The notes below the pieces were generated by a model. That model ran no database searches. It worked only from the letters and a program-made list of their open reading frames with translations, and was not told the origin of the DNA. A DNA stretch of 32,000 nt from Mycolicibacterium smegmatis. Lineage in GTDB: Bacteria; Actinomycetota; Actinomycetes; Mycobacteriales; Mycobacteriaceae. The translations under genes and the position numbers were made by a program. This document shows positions 6,852 to 14,779 of the stretch, piece after piece (the stretch's first letter is position 1; each line of letters begins with the position of its first letter). Location of the stretch: positions 5,310,001 through 5,342,000 of the forward strand of contig NZ_LN831039.1 of NCBI RefSeq assembly GCF_001457595.1, in the 5' to 3' direction.

Positions 6852-9781
6852 GCGCCGAACGCAGCACGGTCGGATTCAACTTCCTGGCCGAACCCGAATT
6901 GCCCGCACCCCAGGTCAGCGAGGCGCAGGCCGAGCAGATCCTGGCGACGCACTACGGCCTGCAGGCCAAGGCCGCATCGCTGGGAAGCCAGCAGGACAAG
7001 AACTTCCTGGTCACGCAGGGCGACGAGACCGTCGGCGTGCTCAAGATCGCCAACCCGGCGTTCAACGAGACCGAGTTGGAGGCCCAGGACCTGGCCGCCG
7101 AGCTCATCGCCGCGGCCGAGCCGACGCTGCGCATCGCCGTGCCGATCCCCAACGTCCGTGGCGAGAAACGCACGGCCGTAACCGGATTGCTCGAGTCCCG
7201 GCAGGCCACCGCCTACGTGCGCCTGCTGCGGTTTTTGCCCGGGGACGCGCTGATGCAGCGGGGGTACCTGCGCCCTTCGACGGTCGCCGAACTGGGCGCA
7301 CTGGCGGGACGCGTGACCAGGGCATTGGCCGAGTTCAGCCATCCGGGGCTGGACCGGATCCTGCAGTGGGATCTGCGCTACGGCGCCGAGGTGGTGGCGA
7401 CGCTGGCGTCCCACGTCGACGATCCGGCGCGCCGGGACCGTCTCGAAGCCACCACGCGCGACGCCTGGGCGCGAATCGAACCGTTCGCAGACAGCCTGCC
7501 GCACCAGGCCATTCACATGGACCTCACCGACGCCAACGTGGTGGTGTCCCACGAACCCGGTGGCGTCGTCCGCCCCGACGGCATCATCGACTTCGGCGAC
7601 CTCACCGACAGTTGGACCGTCGGTGAACTGGCCATCACGCTGTCGTCGGTCCTGCAGCATCCCGGCGCCACGCCCACCTCGGTGCTGCCGGGCATCCGCG
7701 CGTTCCATGCCGTTCGCCCGCTGTCGGTCGACGAGGCAATGGTGTTGTGGCCCTTGCTGGTTCTACGGACCGCGGTGCTCAACGTCAGCGGTGCGCAACA
7801 GGCCGCGATCGATCCCGACAACGCGTACGTCACCGAGAACGCCGACGGCGAGTGGCAGATGTTCGAGGCTGCCACCTCGGTACCGCTGGACGTGATGACG
7901 GCGCTGATCACCGCGGATCTCGGGTTCGACTGTGCTGCACCTGAACTGGGCGCACTGACACCCATGATCACCGGACTGGAAGCCGATGCGGTCACCACCC
8001 TGGATCTGGGCACGGTGTCCGACACGCTGGATTCGGCCTTCACGCGCGGCGGTTGGGTGCGTTCCGACATCGAGAACGAACTGGCACGTGCCGCGCTGGC
8101 CGACGGTGCACGTGTGGTGCTGACGCAGTTCGGTCAGCCTCGCCCCACCCGCGCGCCGGCGCTGAGCCACGACGAACCCGCCGTCGTGCCGACCGGTATC
8201 ACGATGTGGTGCGCCGAGGACGTCGCGTTGACCGCGCCGTTCGAGGGCGAGATCAGCCGCGACGGTGACTCGGTGACATTGCGCGGCAACACCTGTGAGC
8301 TGACGTTGACCGGCGTTTCGGGTGATGCCGATACGTTCGGCGTCGCCAGGGCCGGCCGGCCCGTCGAGGTGGCGTTGCGCCCCGTCGGCGCGCCCGTGGC
8401 GCCGGCGTTGGTGACCCCGAGCCTGGCGCCCGGCTGGCTCGCGTGGAGCGTCGACCCGCGTCCCCTTTTCGGATTGCCCGCTCTGGCAACCGATTCCACC
8501 GATGCCGATCTGGTGGCGCGTCGCGACCGTGCGTTCGCACCTGTTCAGGAGCACTACTACGACGAGCCGCCGCGCATCGAACGCGGGTGGCGGCACTTCC
8601 TGATGTCGACCAGTGGGCGCTGCTACCTCGACATGGTCAACAACGTGACCGTACTGGGGCATGCGCATCCGCGTATCGCCGAGGCCGCGGCACGACAACT
8701 GCGCAAACTCAACACGAACTCACGGTTCAACTATGCGTCGGTCGTCGAGTTCAGCGAGCGACTCGCATCGCTGCTGCCCGATCCGCTGGACACCGTGTTC
8801 CTGGTGAACTCCGGTTCGGAGGCAAGCGATCTGGCGCTGCGCCTGGCGATCGCGGCGGCAGGCCGACCCGACGTGGTGGCCATGCGCGAGGCCTACCACG
8901 GGTGGACCTATGGCACCGACGCGGTGTCCACGTCGACCGCCGACAATCCCAACGCGCTTGAGACGCGCCCGGACTGGGTGCACACCGTCGAGTCCCCGAA
9001 CAGCTTCCGCGGCAAGTACCGCGGCTCCGACGTCGGACGGTACGCCGACGAGGCCGTCGCGCAGATTCAGGAACTGGCGGCGGCCGGACGAGCCCCGGCG
9101 GCGTTCATCTGCGAGACCGTCTACGGCAACGCCGGCGGCATGGCCCTGCCCGACGGGTATCTCGAGAAGGTGTACGCGGCCATCCGCGCCAACGGCGGCT
9201 ACGCCGTCGCCGACGAGGTCCAGGTGGGTTACGGCCGTCTGGGCGAATGGTTCTGGGGGTTCCAGCAGCAGGGCGTGGTGCCCGACATCGTGTCGATGGC
9301 GAAGTCGACCGGCAACGGCTACCCGCTCGGCGCGGTGGTCACCAGCCGGGCGGTCGCCGAGGCGTTCCGCAGCCAGGGGTACTTCTTCTCGTCGACCGGC
9401 GGCAGCCCGTTGTCGTGTGCGCTCGGCATGACCGTGCTGGATGTCCTCGGCGAGGAACGCCTGCAGGAGAACGCGTCTCGCGTCGGCGCGCATCTGAAGT
9501 CACGGCTGCTGGCGCTTTCCGACAAGCACCCGATCATCGGCACCGTGCACGGCGTGGGGCTGTACCTCGGCGTCGAGATGATCCGCGATCCCGCGACATT
9601 GGAGCCCGCGACCGAGGAGACGGCGCTGATCTGCGATCGCATGCTGGAACTCGGCGTCATCATCCAGCCCACCGGCGATCACCAGAACATCCTCAAGACC
9701 AAACCGCCGCTGTGCATCGACACCGAGTCGGCCGATTTCTACGTCGACACCCTCGATCGCGTGCTCACCGAGGGCTGGTAG
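6848..9781 (+). CDS. Fusion protein: APH/choline-kinase-fold phosphotransferase + central beta-barrel-like region + class III PLP-dependent aminotransferase/phospho-lyase
   Basis: N-terminal kinase motifs IHMDLTDANVVV and GIIDFGDLTDSW; C-terminal aminotransferase motifs LVNSGSEASDLALRLA, ADEVQVGYGRLG, PLP-lysine SMAKSTGNGYPLGAVV. GTG start overlaps the previous stop (GTGA, 6848-6851). Confidence 0.88.
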   Translation: MSAERSTVGFNFLAEPELPAPQVSEAQAEQILATHYGLQAKAASLGSQQDKNFLVTQGDETVGVLKIANPAFNETELEAQDLAAELIAAAEPTLRIAVPIPNVRGEKRTAVTGLLESRQATAYVRLLRFLPGDALMQRGYLRPSTVAELGALAGRVTRALAEFSHPGLDRILQWDLRYGAEVVATLASHVDDPARRDRLEATTRDAWARIEPFADSLPHQAIHMDLTDANVVVSHEPGGVVRPDGIIDFGDLTDSWTVGELAITLSSVLQHPGATPTSVLPGIRAFHAVRPLSVDEAMVLWPLLVLRTAVLNVSGAQQAAIDPDNAYVTENADGEWQMFEAATSVPLDVMTALITADLGFDCAAPELGALTPMITGLEADAVTTLDLGTVSDTLDSAFTRGGWVRSDIENELARAALADGARVVLTQFGQPRPTRAPALSHDEPAVVPTGITMWCAEDVALTAPFEGEISRDGDSVTLRGNTCELTLTGVSGDADTFGVARAGRPVEVALRPVGAPVAPALVTPSLAPGWLAWSVDPRPLFGLPALATDSTDADLVARRDRAFAPVQEHYYDEPPRIERGWRHFLMSTSGRCYLDMVNNVTVLGHAHPRIAEAAARQLRKLNTNSRFNYASVVEFSERLASLLPDPLDTVFLVNSGSEASDLALRLAIAAAGRPDVVAMREAYHGWTYGTDAVSTSTADNPNALETRPDWVHTVESPNSFRGKYRGSDVGRYADEAVAQIQELAAAGRAPAAFICETVYGNAGGMALPDGYLEKVYAAIRANGGYAVADEVQVGYGRLGEWFWGFQQQGVVPDIVSMAKSTGNGYPLGAVVTSRAVAEAFRSQGYFFSSTGGSPLSCALGMTVLDVLGEERLQENASRVGAHLKSRLLALSDKHPIIGTVHGVGLYLGVEMIRDPATLEPATEETALICDRMLELGVIIQPTGDHQNILKTKPPLCIDTESADFYVDTLDRVLTEGW

Positions 9782-10523
9782 CCCAGAACCGGGTCAGCAT
9801 CGCCGCGGCGCGAGCCGGGTCCTGCACCATCCACCAGTGGTGCAGCCCGTCGAGCACCTCCGTGCGGGCGCCGGCGCGCTCGGCGGCGCGGCGCCGGATC
9901 TCCTCGGAACCGACGTAGGTGTCCTCGGTCGCCAACACCGACAGGCCCGGTTTCGCGCGGGCCTTCTCCAGTCCGCCCCCGGCCTCGGCCACGGCTGCGG
10001 TGTCCGCCGCGGAGCGGTACAGCGCCAGGATCGCCCGCCCCATCTCGGGCCCCTGCGCCGCGGCCAGCGCTCCGGCGATGTCGGCGGGCAGAAACGCGGC
10101 CCACTGGGCGGTGCGGTCCTCGACGGTGCCGCCCATCATGGCGTCGACGAGTTCCTCGCCCGCCCCCGGGGTCTGCCACACCTGGGCCAGGTCGTGCCAG
10201 ACGTATTCGGGGTCGAAGATCCCGACGACGTCGCTCACCCAGGTCCGTACCAGTTCGGGGCGGTGCATCACCACATTGAGCACATGGCCTCCGCCCCAGT
10301 CGTGCCCGACCAGATCGACCGGGCCGTCGAATTTCTCCAGCTCGCCTTCGAGCCAGTCGCGGTATTCGAGGTACGTCGCCGAGAAGCCGTCCGGCAGCGG
10401 CGCGCCGAAACCGGGTGGGGACAGCCGCACGATGTCGTCACGGCCCTCCCGGCCAAGTGCCTCGACCAGCGGGCCCCAGATCGCGTCGGTCTCCGGATTC
10501 CCGTGCACCAAAACCACAGTCAT
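9765..10523 (-). CDS. Alpha/beta hydrolase
   Basis: MTVVLVHGNPETDAIWGPLVEAL... LVGHDWGGGHVLNV... HHWWMVQDP; ends tail-to-tail overlapping the upstream plus-strand gene by 17 nt. Confidence 0.88.
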   Translation of the reverse strand: MTVVLVHGNPETDAIWGPLVEALGREGRDDIVRLSPPGFGAPLPDGFSATYLEYRDWLEGELEKFDGPVDLVGHDWGGGHVLNVVMHRPELVRTWVSDVVGIFDPEYVWHDLAQVWQTPGAGEELVDAMMGGTVEDRTAQWAAFLPADIAGALAAAQGPEMGRAILALYRSAADTAAVAEAGGGLEKARAKPGLSVLATEDTYVGSEEIRRRAAERAGARTEVLDGLHHWWMVQDPARAAAMLTRFWATSPR

Positions 10524-10687
10524 GATCCACATCCTTCTCTACGACGCGACCTCGCATGGCGATTTGATATGGCAGGCCGGCACTGGGCGCGCGCTCGTCG
10601 CCGGTGAGCGTGCGCCGGGTGCTGCAGAAACGCGGCGCGTCGACCAGCAGCCACGCACGCTCGCGGTGCAAGCTCGCGGCGCAAGGG

Positions 10688-10855
10688 TCAGGCCGAGTCG
10701 GCGCCGTTCGCCTCCGCGAGCCGCTCATGCAGCCGCGCGCGGATGTCCTCAGGTGTGTAGGCCTTGCGGCGGCGCTGATCGCGCGCGACCAACACACCAC
10801 CGGCGACGACACCGGCGACACCGGCCAACCCGACCCACTTCCAGATGCTGCGCAT
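10688..10855 (-). CDS. Small predicted membrane protein (55 aa), hypothetical
   Basis: Manual reverse-strand translation MRSIWKWVGLAGVAGVVAGGVLVARDQRRRKAYTPEDIRARLHERLAEANGADSA*: one TM helix plus charged tail. Below the ORF-track length cut-off. Confidence 0.65.
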   Translation of the reverse strand: MRSIWKWVGLAGVAGVVAGGVLVARDQRRRKAYTPEDIRARLHERLAEANGADSA

Positions 10856-10881
10856 GCACAGAGTGTGCCTAAGCTGCGGTC

Positions 10882-11577
10882 GTGAATGCGAACACCGTGT
10901 CGTTGACCAAGGCGCTGGACGAGACCCGCACCGGGGACATCTGGCTGTTCCGCGGCGCGTCGGGCCCGGACCGCGCGATCCGGACGTTGACCAACGCCCC
11001 GGTCAACCACGTGGGCATGACAGTCGCGATCGACGATCTGCCGCCGCTCATCTGGCATGCCGAACTCGGCGACAAGCTGCTCGACATGTGGACCGGCACG
11101 CACCACCGCGGCGTCCAGCTCAACGACGCCCGGCAGGCCGTCGAACGCTGGCAGCAGGTGTACGGCCAGCGCTGCTGGATCCGTCAGCTCACCCCGTACG
11201 CCAGCCGCGACCAGGAGAACGCGCTGCTGAAGGTGATCGCGCGGATGGACGGCACGCCGTTCCCCACCACCGCGCGGCTCACGGGGCGATGGCTGCGCGG
11301 CAGGCTGCCGGTTGCCAGCGACTTCACACGCGGCATCCCGTTGGTTCACAGCAAGATCAGCGAATCCGTCAAGCGCAAGAAGGCAAGCAAACGGCAGGTC
11401 GGTCTGCAGACCGCGTACTGCGCCGAGACGGTGGCCATCACCTACGAGGAAATGGGCTTGCTGACAACGGAAAAACACTACAACTGGTTCGATCCCGGCT
11501 CCTTCTGGAGCGGCGATCAGCTACCGCTGACAGCCGGTTACCAGCTCGGCGACGAAATCGCCGTCGTCGCAGATTAA
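10882..11577 (+). CDS. Permuted NlpC/P60 (YiiX/LRAT-like) papain-fold hydrolase candidate
   Basis: N-terminal GDIWLFRG and VNHVGMTV (His), C-terminal TAYCAETVA (Cys): the His-before-Cys order seen in permuted NlpC/P60 proteins. Confidence 0.55.
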   Translation: MNANTVSLTKALDETRTGDIWLFRGASGPDRAIRTLTNAPVNHVGMTVAIDDLPPLIWHAELGDKLLDMWTGTHHRGVQLNDARQAVERWQQVYGQRCWIRQLTPYASRDQENALLKVIARMDGTPFPTTARLTGRWLRGRLPVASDFTRGIPLVHSKISESVKRKKASKRQVGLQTAYCAETVAITYEEMGLLTTEKHYNWFDPGSFWSGDQLPLTAGYQLGDEIAVVAD

Positions 11578-11585
11578 ACGCCGCT

Positions 11586-11605
11586 TATACCTGCTAACAG
11601 GTATA
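11586..11605. repeat. Perfect inverted repeat TATACCTG-CTAA-CAGGTATA
   Basis: 8-bp perfect arms with a 4-nt spacer, 8 nt after the stop at 11577 and about 84 nt before the ECF sigma start. Confidence 0.85.
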
Positions 11606-11689
11606 TCGGATTGGGGCCAGCAGTGAGGAATTCGGAGCCCCGACAGACCAGGCTTGGTTAGCGAGTCCAACGGTCTTCGGAGGTGCCGG

Positions 11690-12214
11690 ATGTTAGCGGT
11701 CGAACAGCCCACCGAGCGCATGCTCGAGCTCTACGCCAACCACGTCGACCCCCTGCGCCGATATGCCTTCCGGCTCACCAGCAACCAGACGCGCTCTGAG
11801 GACATCGTGCAGGAGACCTTCCTGCGGGCCTGGCGTCACCTCCAGAACAACGATGGAGACCTGCCGCTGAGGTCATGGCTGTTCACTGTCGCCCGGAACA
11901 TCGTGATCGACGGCAGTCGTTCAGCGCGGGTTCGGTACGAAGTTTCATCCCCTGACACTCCGGAGGTGCCGGACCGTATGGGCGCCGATGAAGTCAACGC
12001 CGCGTTGGACCGGATCCTGGTGGCCGAAGCCATGGCGCAACTGCCCGAATCGCACCGTGCCGTACTCAGCCGCTCGTTCTACCTCGGTTGGACCACCGGA
12101 CGTATCGCCGAAGACCTGGGCATCGCGGAGGGCACCGTGAAATCGAGGCTGCACTACTCCCTCAAACGCCTGCGGCTCATCCTCGCCGAGATGGGCTGTC
12201 ACGCTCGGTCCTGA
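11690..12214 (+). CDS. ECF-family RNA polymerase sigma factor
   Basis: Region 2 (YANHVDPLRRYAFRLTSNQTRSEDIVQETFLRAWRHL...) and region 4 (LPESHRAVLSRSFYLGWTTGRIAEDLGIAEGTVKSRLHYSLKRLR). Start assigned at ATG 11690, preceded by a CGGAGG ribosome-binding site. Confidence 0.92.
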   Translation: MLAVEQPTERMLELYANHVDPLRRYAFRLTSNQTRSEDIVQETFLRAWRHLQNNDGDLPLRSWLFTVARNIVIDGSRSARVRYEVSSPDTPEVPDRMGADEVNAALDRILVAEAMAQLPESHRAVLSRSFYLGWTTGRIAEDLGIAEGTVKSRLHYSLKRLRLILAEMGCHARS

Positions 12215-12221
12215 TCCCCAT

Positions 12222-12734
12222 GTGCGCTACGGTCGGGTGGTGCCGCTGCCCTACGTGGATCCCCACAAGAAGCGAGGCCTGGGCTACGAGATCGCGTCGG
12301 CCTTCGGTCGTTCACCGGTCGGCCAGTTCTTCGCTCGCCACGTGGCGCGTCACACCGATCCCCTGCTGTTCCGGCTGACCCGCGGCCGAATCAACGTGAG
12401 CCCGATCATCAATGCTCCGCTGGTGACGACCGGCGCGAAATCCGGTGAGCGACGCGAGGTGCAGCTGACCTATTTCCACGACCACGACGACGTGATCCTG
12501 GTGGCGTCGAACTTCGGCGGCACCAAGAATCCGCAGTGGTACCACAACCTCAAGGCACACCCCGACTGCGAGTTCGGCGGCGAACCGTTCACCGCGGCGG
12601 AGGTCACCGACCCCGACGAGCACGCACGCCTGTACGCGCTCGCCGAGCGCGTCTACCCCGGATACCGCGACTACCGCGAGGCAACGGCCGATACCGGCCG
12701 GCACATCCCGGTCTTCCGCCTCACGCCGCGCTGA
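12222..12734 (+). CDS. Nitroreductase/quinone reductase family (Ddn-like, probably F420-dependent)
   Basis: PLLFRLTRGR... LVTTGAKSGERREVQLTYFHDHDDVILVASNFGGTKNPQWYHNLKAHPDCEF is the family signature. GTG at 12240 is an alternative start. Confidence 0.88.
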   Translation: MRYGRVVPLPYVDPHKKRGLGYEIASAFGRSPVGQFFARHVARHTDPLLFRLTRGRINVSPIINAPLVTTGAKSGERREVQLTYFHDHDDVILVASNFGGTKNPQWYHNLKAHPDCEFGGEPFTAAEVTDPDEHARLYALAERVYPGYRDYREATADTGRHIPVFRLTPR

Positions 12735-12821
12735 GTTTCGTGGCCGACGGCGGACATGACCGAATCCCCTCCTGTGCAACGGATCTGCGGTTGACCTGCG
12801 TCGAACGGCCGCGGCGCGCCG

Positions 12822-13229
12822 CTACGCCGACGCGACGCCGAACTTGGCGCGCGCGTCCTCGGTGACCGGCGTGAAAAGGTTGACCAGATTCCCATCCGGA
12901 TCACGGAAGACCAGTGCGCGGTTGCCCCACGGCATCGTCGTCGGTTCGATGACGACGTCGACCAGATGCTTGCGCAGCCGCTCGTACTCCGCGTCGACGT
13001 CGTCGACGATGAATTCGATGATCGCGCTGTGGTTTGCCGCGGGCTGGGCACTGCCGGGCCCGAACAGCGGCACGGTCTTCTCACTGCCGATCGCCAGTGT
13101 TCCTGCGGGTGTGGGAATTTCGGCGAACAACTCGTTGGCCCACACGGCCGACAGCCCGGTGACGGTCTCGTAGAAGTCGACGAGCCGCTTGACGTCGGCG
13201 GTGATGATGCGTGTCGAAACGAATTTCAT
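12822..13229 (-). CDS. VOC/glyoxalase-superfamily protein
   Basis: MKFVSTRIITADVKRLVDFYETVTG... and PWGNRALVFRDPDGNLVNLFTP. Confidence 0.9.
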   Translation of the reverse strand: MKFVSTRIITADVKRLVDFYETVTGLSAVWANELFAEIPTPAGTLAIGSEKTVPLFGPGSAQPAANHSAIIEFIVDDVDAEYERLRKHLVDVVIEPTTMPWGNRALVFRDPDGNLVNLFTPVTEDARAKFGVASA

Positions 13230-13319
13230 GGGCCCCCAATCGCAGTGGCCGCCGCGTGGATGCGGCGCCGGGATCGCGACGATACTCAAGCCCCCTGACA
13301 AGCCGGCGTTTCCGCCGGT

Positions 13320-13658
13320 CTAGTCGAGGTTCATGCGTTCGGTCTTGTCCATCTCACGCTGGATGGTGGCTTCCTGACGCCGCTCGCCGGCACGGCGTCG
13401 TTGCGCGCTCTCCGAAAGTCGCCGCAGGCGTTCCTGTTCACGCGCGGCAGCTGTGCCCTCGCGCTCGTCGGCGAGCCGCTCACGTTCGTCGGCGTCGGAT
13501 TCGCGCTCGTCGGCAAGACGCTCGCGCTCGTCGGCGACCTGATCACGCTCGTCGGCGAAATACTCGCGCCGCTTCAGTTCGGCGTCGCGCCGCTGGTCGG
13601 CTCCGGTGGCTTGATCGTCGCGCTCGTCGGGCGTGTGTGTACTGCCCTCGCTGTCCAC
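13320..13658 (-). CDS. Small, highly charged helical/coiled-coil repeat protein
   Basis: GTG start (VDSEGSTHTPDERDD...); FADERDQVADERERLADERESDADERERLADEREGTAAARE. Confidence 0.75.
   Translation of the reverse strand: MDSEGSTHTPDERDDQATGADQRRDAELKRREYFADERDQVADERERLADERESDADERERLADEREGTAAAREQERLRRLSESAQRRRAGERRQEATIQREMDKTERMNLD
13452..13556 (-). repeat. Five tandem 21-bp units encoding ADERxxx heptads
   Basis: Encodes ADERDQV / ADERERL / ADERESD / ADERERL / ADEREGT; plus-strand sequence shows repeated (g/c)ctcgtcggc blocks with 21-nt period. Confidence 0.85.
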
Positions 13659-13690
13659 ACCTTCGACAGTAGGCCTTCGGGCGGCCTGCG

Positions 13691-14092
13691 TCAGCTTCCT
13701 TGTTCTTGGAATTGCGCGCGGATGGCCTCCTTGTCGATCACCGACCAGACCTCGGCGATTCGCCGGTTCTCGAAGCGGTAGAAGACGTGTTCGGCGAAGG
13801 TGATCCGTTCGCCGCTGGGTTCCAGGCCCAGGAACGTGTGCTGCGGCGTGCAGGTGAACATGAGCCGGCAGCCGACGGTCTGCCCGTCGGCGATCACGAT
13901 GTCGGCGTCGAAGTGCAGATCCGGCGTGGCGTGCGTGTCGGCCTCCAGCATGGCGCGGTAGCCGCTCAGGCCCAGCCGTTCGCCGTTGCGCACGACGTCG
14001 TCGGACACGTACTTGCCGAGGTCGTCCCACCGGCGGTCGTTGAGGCATGCCAGGTAGGCGCGATAAATGGCCGTCAGGTCGTTGTCAGTCAT
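13691..14092 (-). CDS. SnoaL/NTF2-like domain protein
   Basis: MTDNDLTAIYRAYLACLNDRRWDDLGKYVSDDVVRNGERLGLSGYRAML... TFAEHVFYRFENRRIAEVWSVIDKEAIRAQ. Confidence 0.85.
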   Translation of the reverse strand: MTDNDLTAIYRAYLACLNDRRWDDLGKYVSDDVVRNGERLGLSGYRAMLEADTHATPDLHFDADIVIADGQTVGCRLMFTCTPQHTFLGLEPSGERITFAEHVFYRFENRRIAEVWSVIDKEAIRAQFQEQGS

Positions 14093-14102
14093 AGGGCTCT
14101 CC

Positions 14103-14163
14103 GCCGAACGTTGGCTTGTGTGCGCAAAGTACCCCAGTTTTGAGCAACATCCCCACGCTCGGC
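14103..14163. repeat. 61-bp element, copy A
   Basis: GCCGAACGTTGGCTTG...ATCCCCACGCTCGGC; outer ends near-complementary; ends two bases before the stop triplet of the DHFR-like gene. Confidence 0.5.
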
Positions 14164-14165
14164 GC

Positions 14166-14723
14166 TCAGCCCGGCGCGTATCGCAGGTACACCACGCCGT
14201 CGTCGAAGATCGTGTGTTCGGCGAGCCCCAGGTCGAGGCGCACGTCGTCAGGCAGCGCGCGCAGGCCGCCACCGACCACCTTCGGCACGACGAAGAAGTT
14301 GAACTCGTCGACCATGCCCGCACGGATCGCGGGGGCGGCCGTGGTCGGGCCGAAGATCTCGACCGTGCCCGTCGCGTCGGCGACGATCTTCCGCAACTCG
14401 TCGAGATCCAGCCGTGGCACCAGGCGATCGCGTCCCGCAGCGACGTGATCGGGTGTGAGTGTCGACGCGACGACCACCTTCTGGATCTTGCGCCAGCGCC
14501 GGGCGAATTCCTCCTCGGCCGGCGAGAAGTCGTGATGGTCGGTCTCCCAGTACCGCATCAGCTCGTAGGTCTTGCGGCCGAGCACCTCGGTCGACACCGC
14601 GGCCATCCGCTCGACATGGGTGTCGAAGACCGGGTCGTTGGGCGCCGACCACTGGAAGTCCCCGTCGGCGTCGTTGACATAGCCGTCGATCGAGATGGTC
14701 GTGCTGTAGCTCAACGTCCCCAC
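14166..14723 (-). CDS. Dihydrofolate reductase / RibD C-terminal-like protein
   Basis: GTG start; TTISIDGYVND, LGRKTYELMRYWE, EIFGPTTAAPAIRAGMVDEFNFFVVPKVVGGG. Confidence 0.88.
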   Translation of the reverse strand: MGTLSYSTTISIDGYVNDADGDFQWSAPNDPVFDTHVERMAAVSTEVLGRKTYELMRYWETDHHDFSPAEEEFARRWRKIQKVVVASTLTPDHVAAGRDRLVPRLDLDELRKIVADATGTVEIFGPTTAAPAIRAGMVDEFNFFVVPKVVGGGLRALPDDVRLDLGLAEHTIFDDGVVYLRYAPG

Positions 14724-14779
14724 GGGGCCTCCTCAGGTCGAAGTTGTCGTAGAGACCTGCGGCGGGTGCTGAACTCATC

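Noticed and set aside
6239-7708. 489-aa minus-strand ORF
   Set aside because: Antisense to the alpha/beta hydrolase and kinase domain; composition is a GC shadow.
13331-13546. Alternative ORFs through the 21-bp repeat region, including the plus-strand LVG-rich 126-aa ORF (13401-13781)
   Set aside because: The periodicity comes from the minus-strand ADER repeats. The plus frame has no start context, and the minus frame gives a coherent charged helix.
13452-13556. Possible CRISPR-like array
   Set aside because: 21-bp units are contiguous with no spacers and encode an in-frame protein repeat.
14108-14115. AACGTT as a further KstR half-site pair
   Set aside because: It lacks the two-base spacer required by AACnnGTT and lies in the 61-bp repeat.
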